Of a DNA stretch of 64,000 bases, positions 26,031 to 37,070 are shown piece after piece (position 1 is the stretch's first letter; every line of letters begins with the position of its first letter). The DNA comes from Eutreptiella sp. 'Long Island Sound 2002' (taxonomy: Eukaryota; Protista; Euglenida): the NCBI GenBank assembly GCA_964036045.1, contig OZ038378.1, forward strand, positions 22,940,001 through 23,004,000, written 5' to 3'. A program made the translations under genes and the position numbers. The notes beneath the pieces were generated by a model that was not told the DNA's origin, made no database searches, and worked only from the letters and a program-made list of their open reading frames with translations.

Positions 26031-26634
26031 AGGGGCTTCAGTGGCGCGACAGGGCCGGCAGGGGTATGATGGGTGTGTGGGTGAGTGTGAGCAGTTGAGA
26101 GAATGCGGGACCCCAAATGGGACGGCCTGCGCCGGGGCCGGTGATTTCCTGTTCTGGTTTTAGTTGTTCTTGTTCTTTCCTCCCTGTTATTTGCGCGACT
26201 GCCTGTAGGGGTGTAAGCCTCATGCAGGAGCCTTCGGGCCTGTTAGCGCCTTCCCTTCGGGTTTTCCCTTCTTTTGTTATAGGCAGAGAGAGACGAGCGG
26301 CACCACAGCGCCTGACAGGCCTGTGGCCCAGACATGCGCGGGGGGCCTCAATTACGACCCCCCGCCCTGCGAGATCTGCCCTATGGAGCCAGCCAGAGAG
26401 CGGCTACCAGAACAGTGCCGGAAGGGCAGCGTGGCCCCGCTGGTGATGGCGGTTCGAGGCCACGCTGCCCTTGTACGCTCAAGGCCCAGAAACCGATGGT
26501 TTGGACAGTGAGAAGGTTTATTGGAATTTCACAGGGAGTGAACGTCAGTTGCCTGTCAAGCTGTTGAAGGAACCGTCCCCGTCCCCGTCCGGCTGGACGC
26601 CCCGGTACCGGTATCCAACACCCTTTGAGGTAAG

Positions 26635-27150
26635 GTATAAGGCCCCCTGGCCACCACCCCGGCGCCAACACCAGAGAGGGCGCCCGGGAGGGGTAACAGC
26701 CCCCGATCCCCCAAAGGCAGCCCCAAAGGTGAGCGCACCACTGGAAGGGGCATGTCTGCGGGGTAACCAATTGCGCTGAGTAACTACCTAATGTAATAAA
26801 TAGTGCCTACCGCCGTAAATAATGCTTAACCGGGTAAATGGCCCTCCCCCGGTGCCAGTTTAGTGCGCAGCCCCCAGAGCCGGACCCGACCGGCCGTACT
26901 GAGGCGAGCCCAGAAATGGGTATGGCAGGCCAGACTTTAAGTGCTGGTAGCCACGCCTCAGTACACTCCGTGGGCTCATAAGGCCCACGGGGGCCCCAAA
27001 TACCGTTACGTTCGGGAGTTAAGCCCCGGCGTTATTTGGGGTTGTTCCGGGTTAAGAGGACTCACGTTGAGTCCCTGATACTGTTACCCCGGGGTTATGA
27101 CCTCCGGTACTGCCTGCTTACTTGCCTGCTGCTGCTAAGAGGTAAGAGGG
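26635..27150 (+). ncRNA. Conserved structured RNA leader, copy A (5' end of LINE-like element)
   Basis: Homologous to 36051-36520. Perfect 11-bp stem 26896-26906/26954-26964, a GAAA tetraloop hairpin at 26908-26921, and hairpins at 26879-26894 and 26728-26739. Compensatory changes relative to copy B. Confidence 0.6.
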
Positions 27151-27164
27151 AATACCCACGGGTC

Positions 27165-29530
27165 TTGAAGGAGGCTCCGAACACCCCCTGGGCAGGACTC
27201 CCCGTCCCCCCCGGGCCGGTGCGCCCGGTTCTCCGAAGATACTGGCCCCCCACTGGCCTTGCAAGAGGCTCCGAACACCCCCTGGGCTGGGCTCCCCGTC
27301 CCCCCCAGGCCGGTGCGCCCGGTTCTCTGAAGAAGATGGCCCCCCATAGGCCTTGCAGGAGGCTCCGAACACCCCCTGGGCTGGACTCCCCGTCCTCCCC
27401 AGGCCGGTGCGCCCGGTTCTCCGAAGATGATGGCCCCCCATTGGCCTGGCAGGAGGCTCCGAACACCCCCTGGGCTGGACTCCCCGTCCGCCCCAGGCCG
27501 GTGCGCCCGGTTCTCCGAAGATGATGGCCCCCCACTGGCCTTGCAGGAGGCTCCGAACACCCCCTGGGCTGGGCTCCCCGTCCCCCCCCGGCCGGTGCGC
27601 GCGGTTCTCCGAAGATACTGGCCCCCCATAGGCCTTGCAGGAGGCTCCGAACACCCCCTAGGCTGGACTCCCCGTCCCCCCCAGGCCGGTGTGCCCGGTT
27701 CTCTGAAGACGATGGCCCCCCGCTGGCCTTGCAGGAGGCTCCGAACACCCCTCTGGGCTGGACACCCCGTCCCCCCCAGGCCGGTGCGCCCGGTTCTCTG
27801 AAGATACTGGCCCCCCATAGGCCTTGCAGGAGGCTCCGAACACCCCCTGGGCTGGACTCCCCGTCCCCCCCAGGCCGGTGCACCCGGTTCTCCAAAGATG
27901 ATGGCCCCCCATTGGCCTGGCAGGAGGCTCCGAACACCCCCTGGGCTGGACTCCCCGTCCCCCCGGCCGGTGCGCCCGGTTCTCTGAAGAAGATGGCCCC
28001 CCAATGGCCTTGCAGGAGGCTCCGAACACCCCCTGGGCTGGGCTCCCCGTCCCCCCCAGGCCGGTGCGCCCGGTTCTCTGAAGATGATGGCCCCCCATAG
28101 GCCTTGCAGGAGGCTCCGAACACCCCCTGGGCTGGGCTCCCCGTCCCCCCCAGGCCGGTGCGCCCGGTTCTCCGAAGATGATGGCCCCCCACTGGCCTTG
28201 CAGGAGGCTCCGAACACCCCCTGGGCTGGGCTCCCCGTCCCCCCCAGGCCGGTGCGCCCGGTTCTCCGAAGATACTGGCCCCCCACTGGCCTTGCAGGAG
28301 GCTCCGAACACCCCCTGGGATGGACTCCCCGTCCCCCCCAGGCCGGTGCGCCCGGTTCTCCGAAGATACTGGCCCCCCACTGGCCTTGCAGGAGGCTCCG
28401 AACACCCCCTGGGCTGGGCTCCCCGTCCCCCCCAGGCCGGTGCGCCCGGTTCTCCGAAGATACTGGCCCCCCATAGGCCTTGCAGGAGGCTCCGAACACC
28501 CCCTGGGCTGGGCTCCCCGTCCCCCCCAGGCCGGTGTGCCCGGTTCTCCGAAGATACTGGCCCCCCACTGGCCTTGCAGGAGGCTCCGAACACCCCCTGG
28601 GCTGGGCTCCCCGTCCCCCCCATGCCGGTGCGCCCGGTTCTCCGAAGATACTGGCCCCCCATAGGCCTTGCAGGAGGCTCCGAACACCCCCTGGGCTGGG
28701 CTCCCCGTCCCCCCCAGGCCGGTGCGCCCGGTTCTCCGAAGATACTGGCCCCCCATAGGCCTTGCAGGAGGCTCCGAACACCCCCTGGGATGGACTCCCC
28801 GTCCCCCCCAGGCCGGTGCGCCCGGTTCTCCGAAGATACTGGCCCCCCACTGGCCTTGCAGGAGGCTCCGAACACCCCCTGGGCTGGGCTCCCCGTCCCC
28901 CCCAGGCCGGTGCGCCCGGTTCTCCGAAGATACTGGCCCCCCATAGGCCTTGCAGGAGGCTCCGAACACCCCCTGGGCTGGGCTCCCCGTCCCCCCCAAG
29001 CCGGTGCGCCCGGTTCTCCGAAGATACTGGCCCCCCACTGGCCTTGCAAGAGGCTCCGAACACCCCCTGGGCAGGACTCCCCGTCCGCCCCAGGCCGGTG
29101 CGCCCGGTTCTCCGAAGATGATGGCCCCCCACTGGCCTTGCAAGAGGCTCCGAACACCCCCTGGGCTGGTTTCCCCGTCCCCCCCAGGCCGGTGCGCCCG
29201 GTTCTCCGAAGATGATGGCCCCCCATAGGCCTTGCAGGAGGCTCTGAACACCCCCTGGGCTGGGCTCCCCGTCCCCCCCAGGCCGGTGCGCCCGGTTCTC
29301 TGAAGATACTGGCCCCCCATAGGCCTTGCAGGAGGCTCCGAACACCCCCTGGGCTGGGCTCCCCGTCCCCCCCAGGCCGGTGCGCCAGGTTCTCCGAAGA
29401 TACTGGCCCCCCGTAGGCCTTGCAGGAGGCTCCGAACACCCCCTGGGCTGGGCTCCCCGTCCCCCCCAGGCCGGTGCGCCCGGTTCTCTGACAACGATGG
29501 CCCCCCATTGGCCTTGCAGGGGGATCCGAG
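27165..29530 (+). repeat. 94-bp tandem repeat array, ~25 copies (LINE 5' UTR monomers)
   Basis: gctccgaacacc recurs at 27174, 27268, 27362 and onward (period 94), with occasional partial units. Confidence 0.95.
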
Positions 29531-30281
29531 CACCCCCTGGGCTGGACTCCCTGTCCCCCCGAGGCCGGTCTTTGACGAATGATGGCTCCCCGCGGGCCCT
29601 GCAGGGTGCCACTCCACCCCCCTCGGTTGGGCCTCCTCTCTCCCTCCAGCCATGTGTACCCGGTAGTAGGAGAGGAGCGCCCCCCCCCCTAAGGCGCACC
29701 CCCCGGGCCGCAGTGCCCAAGGGTGAGAAGGTGGGGCCCCCGAGAGCCCTGACGGTGGTTCCAGCGCCCCCGAGGGTAGAAGGCGCCCCAACTAAAGCCG
29801 CCCCTTGCCCCCCCCCGGGCCCTACCCCCCCCCCAAAAGGGAGCGGGCGCCGCCCCCGCATAGCGCACGCAGCCCCTAACAGGCCCCCGGGCGGCACGGG
29901 CAACCAAAGGGCAAGGGCTAGGCGCGGAAATACCCTGACGGCAAACGAAACAAACACACCGGTGGGCATACCGCCGTAGCCGAGGGGGGCGGATGCGCCG
30001 GGCTTTACCCGGAGGCACCCCTGAACCTTGAGGAGGTCCACGGGGGCCGACGGTTGAGCGGTTCGGTACAGGACCACAGGGGCGACCTACGTGCAGCGCG
30101 GTGCCAGCTAGATGCTAGGGTACGGGCCCGTAAGGCCGGCCGCCGAAGGCCACCAACGCGCGAGCGAGAGCAGGTGCCGGCGCCTCAGCACTGGGCGACC
30201 CGGAGGAAGGGATGCGCAGTGCCCATGCATGGGCTTCCGGCCGCAACCCCTTGCTCTCGCTCTGCAGCCCAGTGACACAAC

Positions 30282-33200
30282 ATGTTCCCGTCGACGCCAA
30301 CAACCCCCTACGTGCAGCGACCTCCTATCCCCGGGGGCCTGCCTGCACCACACCCCGCGGGGTCCCCGGCGTATACCGCCCCCCCCCTCCCCCACTATAC
30401 CCACGCCCCCTACACGCCCCACCAGCCGCTCATAGAGGTCCACTCCCAGCCGACGTACCCCGCCTACTACCTGCGGGAGCCGCGATATGGGCTGCCCCCG
30501 ACCCCCCCGCCACCGTCGCCGCTCCCGGCTGTGCCGCCCCCGGACCACCGCGACCTGGAGTTGGCCTACCTGCGGGGCCACGTGGCGGGCCTGGACCGCC
30601 GCACCGAGAATCCCGCGCCCCCTCAGGAGGCGGCGCGGGGGGCGCCCCCGGCGCCACAGGGCCCTGCCCCCAACGCGGTCGGCGAGGCAACGCCGGCACT
30701 GCTGGTAGCACCGGTGCAGGAGGCGGTGCCCCGGGTGGACCGTCGTCCCCCGGCGCCTACAGAGGCGCCACGCCGGCCCCAGGGGACAACCGACCGCCGG
30801 TCCCGCTCCCCCCGATGGGACCTACGCGATGATCACCGAGGCCACAGCCATACAAGCCCCGGCAGGGATGGCCGCATGGCGTACCGCCGGCCCTACCGCT
30901 CCCCGGAGCGGTACTACGGGCGCCGGTCCGAGGAGCGTTCCTCCGGGCACCGAGCCCCCACAACTAGGGGCAGAGACCGCACCCCCGACCGCCGGGATGA
31001 CCGCTCCCGTCGAGACCCGCCCGGCTCAGCCCCCGGGGCGGGCCGAGAGCGGCGGGGCCCCGATGACCGGCGCCGGCGCCGCTCCCCCAGCCCGGATACC
31101 GCTAGGCGCCTGCGGTATGACGCGCCAGACACGGGGCGCCAACCGCAGTGGGAGCCCCGTACAGCTCCCAACGCCCAACCCCCGCATATCCCGAAGGACA
31201 AACCCCCGCGCAAGCGTCAACGCCACAGTAAGGAAGGCCGGCAGCCTGCGGCGCAGTCGCCCGCGGGCATCCCGCACAGGTATCCGGCACACGCTCTAGC
31301 GGGGACCCAAACGACGCCGGGCCTCCTGGCCCCTCGTGCACAGCAGGCACGGCCACCGCAAGACGGCGTCCCCCACACGCCCCAAAAACACCGAGCCTGT
31401 GTCACACAGACCACCCCAGGCCTCCGGGGCCCAGGCTACGCCCCCCCGAGTGGGGCAACGCAAGCTCCTCAGCAGCCCCGCACCGCGGACCCACCGACCG
31501 TCCTGCACATCCGGCGCCTCCCCGCAGGGTGGTCCCGCCGTCACCTGGCGGACCGTTTCATGTGGCTGGACGGGGCGGAGGGGGTGGCGGAGGCTTTTCA
31601 TGGAGGAGAAAAACACGGGTACCTGACCTTCCGCGCCCACGCACAGGCGCTGGCGGCGTGTGCGGTAGTCAGCGTTGCCCTGGGTACAGTAGCGCCCCCG
31701 CCCGGCCGCCTGCCGGCGGCCGTCCACTGTGTGAGCTACAGTGTCGTTCGAGACCTGACCGTGCACACGCGGCAGCACGCCCAGGGCGAGGGGCGGCAGG
31801 ACACACCGTCCGCCGGGGCGGCCCCCCCGCGCGTGGACCGCCCCTCCCTCACGGAGGAAGACGTCCGGCGCCTCATAGCCGATGCCGTGAGCAGGCCGCA
31901 GCAGGTGGTGCATCCACAGCCGCGGGAGCCCGCCCGGGCACCGGCAGCCGACGCGATCGGTGACGCCGGCCACCCCCTGCCCCGAGCCCCCCCCCCCCCC
32001 CCCCCGACGCGCCCGGGGGCTCAACAGGCGCCCCTCTCCCGGGGAAAAGACCCATCGCTGCCCGACGGCGAGAATCAAGGAACCACCGCAGCTCGGATGA
32101 GCCTGCCTGCGCGGCCGCGAGCCACCGCCGGTGGCCAACCCAGCCGGCTCAGCTGGCGTCTCCTGGCAGTTGCCGGGTCGCCTAGCGACCCCGGCCAGCC
32201 GGCTGCCGGGCGTGCCGGCGCAGGCCCCCCCCTGCCCGGCCCCCCGGATTTGGCGACCGAGAACATCTCCCAGGACCTCTTGGACACAGATAGCCGAGCG
32301 GAGGGCCACCAGCGCCCCCTCACCAGTGCCCCTGTGGCCCCTGTGGCCCGCCCCCCGGCGCCTGTTGGCCAGCCCCTGGCCACCCCGACCCACGACGGTG
32401 CTGAGGCCTCAGCTCCCCCGACAGGGGACCACCCCCCAGAGGGGCCAACCCTAGATTGGTGTGCAATCTGTCGCTTCTGGCGCCCCAGCCCGTGCGACCA
32501 ATGCCCCCCACGGCAGGCCCCCCTGGAGGCAGATGAGGCTGCTGCGGAGCCAGCCCCTGAAGGAGAACGGATGCCTGGGCCCGATGAGGCCTCGCCCGCT
32601 CTCGACACTCACACTCCGCGTGAGGCGGAGGACCCTCCGCCCCCCCCATCGATGTGGATGCGTCCCAGGGCACGGCCACCCAACTGGCTGGCCTCCTGGA
32701 TGATGAGGCGGGCGCCCTTAGCCAACTGGAGCCCCTGCCGCCGGCGGTCGTGTCAGACGACCACCCTGAGCCACCGGCTGCCGGCCACGCCGACAGCCCG
32801 CCGGGCGGGGTGGGCCCGCACGACTCCCGCCTAGCGGCACTCATTGCCGATACCGCCCTGGAGGAGGCGAACCCCTGCAGGGCCATGGACGTACCTGTCT
32901 TCCTAGACAGCGAACGCCTGTCGGCGGTGGGACGCCGCATACGGGCGGCGGGCCAGGACACCACCCCCGTCCCCGGCCCCCATTCCCCGGAGGGAGACGG
33001 CCTCCCTCCCCTCCTGGCCCAGTATGCCAAGAGCACCCGCGAGCTGCTCCAGCTCGTGGGCTTTACCCTGGGGGTCCCCTCCTTCTCCCTCTCCAGCTGA
33101 GAGGGAGATGCCATCCCGGCCCCTCACCCGCCGGGACTTGGGATCACGGTTTATTACGTGATCGAGGGGAGGGTGCAGCTCCGCCTCCCCGCCCCCGAGG

Positions 33201-34075
33201 GCGGCTCGCGCCCCGGATGGTGGCTCCAGGCCATGGCATATGCGTATGCGTGGTCTGCCCCACCCCCGCCCCGGGCGGTCCCCCCGGATACCAGGGCCCT
33301 GCTGTTGATATGCCAGTGCCCGGTGCATGTTCCCCCCTCCGGTCTAGCGGCGGTTACTGGCCAGCCAACCATCGTCAGTGTCGGTTGACTGAAGTACAGG
33401 CCGTTTCCCTATGGTTCTTGGCCGGTCCTCTGGTGCTCGCCCGCCCTGCCGCTCTGCAGCTGTCTGGCCGCGTCTCCCTCAAGGGCAAGACCAGCAGTCT
33501 CTTGGTGCATTTCACTGCCCATAACTCCTGTCAAGCCGTCCACAAGGCCATCCCGTGAGATCTGCGTCAAGCGTGGGGACCGGTACACCCCAGTCGACAC
33601 GGCGAGCATGGACCTCGGGGATCACAGGGCCACCCTCGCCCCGCCCGGGGGTAACCCCCTGGCCATCACTACGCCCATGGTGGCGAGGGCCACCTACGAC
33701 AGGGCCCGGGGAGGACTCGTCGTCGTTCCCTCAGCCCTGGGAGCCCAGCAGCTCCCTGACGCCGACTGGAAGGGGTGGAGCGCCTCGTGGGTCAGCTACA
33801 CCCGGGCCCTCCAGCCGGCCAAGCCGGTCGGCTTCAAGGTCCGGGGAGCACAGGCCCCGGCCCTGCGTGACTGGGTGCTCCCCAGGCTCACGGGCGAGCG
33901 GCCGGCGGGGACTCCTTCCCTGACCACGGTATTCGGCCTCATCGGGCGTGACCTGCGGCAGGCACAGGAGGCGGCTAGCGGCTCGGCCAGAAACGCCGAC
34001 CCCCCAGGCGGGCACACTCCCTCAGAACCGGACCTGAAGCCGGAGCACCCCGGCCCCTCGCAGTCCCAAAATTGA
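30282..34075 (+). CDS. Non-LTR retrotransposon ORF1-like protein: Pro/Arg-rich, RRM, CxxC..CxxC; frameshifted
   Basis: 850-aa ORF containing RNP2-like LHIRRL and RNP1-like KHGYLTF (~31500-31680) and WCAICRFWRPSPCDQC. Coding-like text continues in other frames after a poly-C run (~32640) through 34075. Confidence 0.65.
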
Positions 34076-34157
34076 GGGCACCCCGGAGGACGTCCACACC
34101 GTGGGATACCTGTGGCTCAACGTCCGGGGCCCGTACCTGCGGCAACGCCTCCTGGCC
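34076..34157 (+). pseudogene. Start of LINE ORF2 (APE endonuclease N-terminus), truncated
   Basis: Reads ..VHTVGYLWLNVRGPYLRQRLLA directly after ORF1. xxNVRG is the first APE motif. The frame runs into the inserted microsatellite tail. Confidence 0.55.
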
Positions 34158-35040
34158 AACACAACACAACACAACACAACACAACACAACACAACACAAC
34201 ACAACACAACACAACACAACACAACACAACACAACACAACACAACACAACACAACACGGCGCGACACAACGCAACATCAGACCATACTACACCACACCTC
34301 ATTACACCACACCACACCACACCACACCACACCACACCACACCACACCACACCACACCACACCACACCACACCACACCACACCACGCCACACCACACCAC
34401 ACCACACCACACCACACCACACCACACCACACCACACCACACCACACCACAACACACCACACCACACCACACCACACCACACCACACCACAACACACCAC
34501 ACCACACCACACCACACCACACCACACCACACCACACCACACCACACCACACCACACACCACACCACACCACACCACACCACACCACACCACACCACACC
34601 ACACCATACCACACCACACCACACCACACCACACCACACCACACCACACCACACCACCAAATTAGACCACACGAAATCCGCTGTACTGCACCGTGCCATG
34701 CCATGCCGTGCCATGCCACAGCACGGCACACCGCACCCTGAGTACTCCCAAGCTCTACCCATGGGCTGGGTGCCGGGTGCGAAGCCCCGCACGACAGGGC
34801 CTGTGTGCCACCCTACGGGTGGTGTACTAACGGTGTCGCGTGTAAGCACTCCCCAGTGCCAAACATCAGCCCTGTGGATCCCGCGGCCCCCTACAACCAA
34901 GGCACCTAGGCATCGGGAACGGCCAGCGTCCCCTAGCGAGGACGGCTGGCACAGCCTCCCCGTCCTCTCCCCCACAGACGCCCACCGGGCCCCCCGCCGC
35001 ACCCCAGCACGTGCCCCCCCCCCCCCCCCCCGCCTGCGCT
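34158..35040 (-). mobile_element. 3' part of the (TGTGG)n/(TGTTG)n-tailed element, copy 2
   Basis: Tail at 34158-34657 has the same internal linker as copy 1. 34739-35040 is homologous to 25501-25810. Confidence 0.7.
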
Positions 35041-36050
35041 AGTGCGGATCATGGGCGGGGAACACGTTTTCTTATCGCAAGAGCCCACAGTATTTGGCAC
35101 TTGCAGCGAGGGCAATAGTCTGTGTAGCCCTGTCCGAGGGGAGGGAGGTGCACATAGTCGAGGGTGACGAGTCCGGCGCTTTTGACATGCCAATCGGAGA
35201 GGACGTCGCCCGATGTGGGGCCCACTGGCCCACACAGTGTGTGTACGGGGTGTGGCCGGCCGATTTTTACGGCCGGCAGAAGGTCCGGTTATGGACGGTG
35301 TAGGGATTGGCACCGCCGATCGTGCCACAGTTAGGGTTATCGCAAGGGTGCAAGTTGGCAGCCACAGCGTACCTGGAGTACGGTAAATACAGAAACAAGG
35401 GTCTGCAGTACCTGGTGATTGCTGGTGGGTACGGGGAGTTAGTTTGAGTGAGGTGGTGTTTAGTGATGATAGGAGGTGGTTCGGCAGAACAGCAGAGGAA
35501 GCCACGTGTTTGGCCACAGTGGCCCATGTGCTGTCGCAAGACGCGTGCGCCCCAAGCAACCAGGCCAAAATGCAGTACACTTGTCTGCAGCTGGCACCGT
35601 CCGGTATCATACAGCGTGCGCGCCACGTCATATACGTTCACGGCATGCCTGTGGAGTCTGCACTAACGTCCCAGAGGTGGTAGGCACAACTTTGGAGCCC
35701 CACACAGCACCACCACACTTACTGGGCCGCGTGGTCAAAAGTGCACGTCGTCTGCAATATTTCATCACCAAGTACCAGCCAAACTTTTTACTGGCTGTGC
35801 GTTCGGTCATAGAGTACCTGGTGTCGCGTGTTGATTACGTGGCTAAAGGGTCGTGGCTGTTACAGCCAGAATGCGCGGAAGTCGGCATAGTTGTCACAGA
35901 TGGGATAGAGTGCATGGAGTTCAGTTTCGGTGTGGTGGCCACCGCCGTGTCATCGTGTGCATGGGAGTGGCTGGCGAAACTCCTCGCCATGTTGAGGCTG
36001 CAGCACTACAGAGATGAGTTGTACATGTTCTGTGATAATGTGTCTGTGCA

Positions 36051-36520
36051 GGTATAAGGCCCCCCACCCCCCGCCCCGGCGCCCACACCAGAGAGGGCGT
36101 TCGGAAGGGGTAACAACCCCCAATCCCCCAACGGCAGCCCCCATGGTGAGCGCACCACCGGAAGAGGCATGTCTGCGGGGTAAAAGGTTGAGCTAAGTAA
36201 TAACTTCTAAACATACCGCCCTACCGCTGTAACTAAAGGGCCAAGTCCTTTTATGTGCGCCCCCCCCATAGCCGGACTTACCCGGCCGCGATGAGGCAGC
36301 CCTCACGGTATGGCTGTTCTTAATTGCCGGCCACGCCTCGTCGCATCTCTGCGGGCTTAAACCGCCCATGGGGCCCCTGCTTCATGTACTTGTTCTGCAG
36401 GTAAGCCCCGGCAGAACTCAGGGCTTCCCGTTAAAGGGACTCGCACCCGCGACACGTTGGACCAGGTGCGGAGGACCTGCTACTGCTACCCCAGGGTTAT
36501 GAGCCCCGGGACTACTTGCT
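36051..36520 (+). ncRNA. Conserved structured RNA leader, copy B
   Basis: Begins ggtataaggccccc, as copy A does. Stem 36288-36297/36335-36344; hairpins at 36271-36286 and 36145-36156. Confidence 0.6.
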
Positions 36521-36894
36521 TACTGCGCCTGCTTGCAACCTTCCAAGGGTAGGCACGGGGGGAAACCGCATCCGCCACAGCGGCGGCGAGGAGTCGGTAG
36601 CATCCCCGGACCCGTGTACCCAGCCCAAAACTCTACAGGTGGGAAACCCCGACCAAGGTAGCAAGGCTAGATGGGGCAAGAACACCTCCCCAGGCGCCCA
36701 ACGGGACGAAAGCGCGCTCCCAAGGGACCGGCCCTGCCCCCCGCTTTCTACGACCCCCGACACCACGTTGCGGCTGGGCTAGGCCCACGCACCACAGCAA
36801 CGGTGCCCCTCCGCCGGGTGTGTTGGCGTCAACCCCAACCGCCTGCGATCTTCAAGTGCATAACCCCTCCACCCAGTTTCTTTTCCACCCCTCC

Positions 36895-37070
36895 CAAGCA
36901 GCGACCACCGGCACGGAGAGACAACCCGTCTCCCCTTGGCCGGTGAGCCCGCAGCAGGAGGACTCTGGCGTCCCCTCAGCGACCGCCCCTCCCGAGTAGC
37001 AACCACCGGTACTGAGAGACAACCCGTCTCCGCCTAGCCGGTGGACCCGCAGCAACAAGGCTTTGGCCTT
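36895..37070 (+). repeat. Two ~99-bp tandem monomers downstream of leader B
   Basis: accaccgg..gagagacaacccgtctcc..gccggtg..cccgcagca occurs at ~36904 and ~37003. Confidence 0.7.

Noticed and set aside
26896-26925. Hammerhead ribozyme core (ctgagg..gaaa)
   Set aside because: Not CUGANGA; the GAAA is a hairpin tetraloop and is absent from copy B
26641-26998. Canonical HDV-like ribozyme using GGCCCCC/GGGGGCC as P1
   Set aside because: The putative P1' is followed by CC rather than the GG of P1.1, no L3/J4-2 consensus was found, and copy B pairs less well
27095-30077. 600-980 aa minus-strand ORFs as real genes
   Set aside because: They arise from a stop-poor, GC-rich 94-bp repeat and have no recognisable domains; kept only as a curiosity
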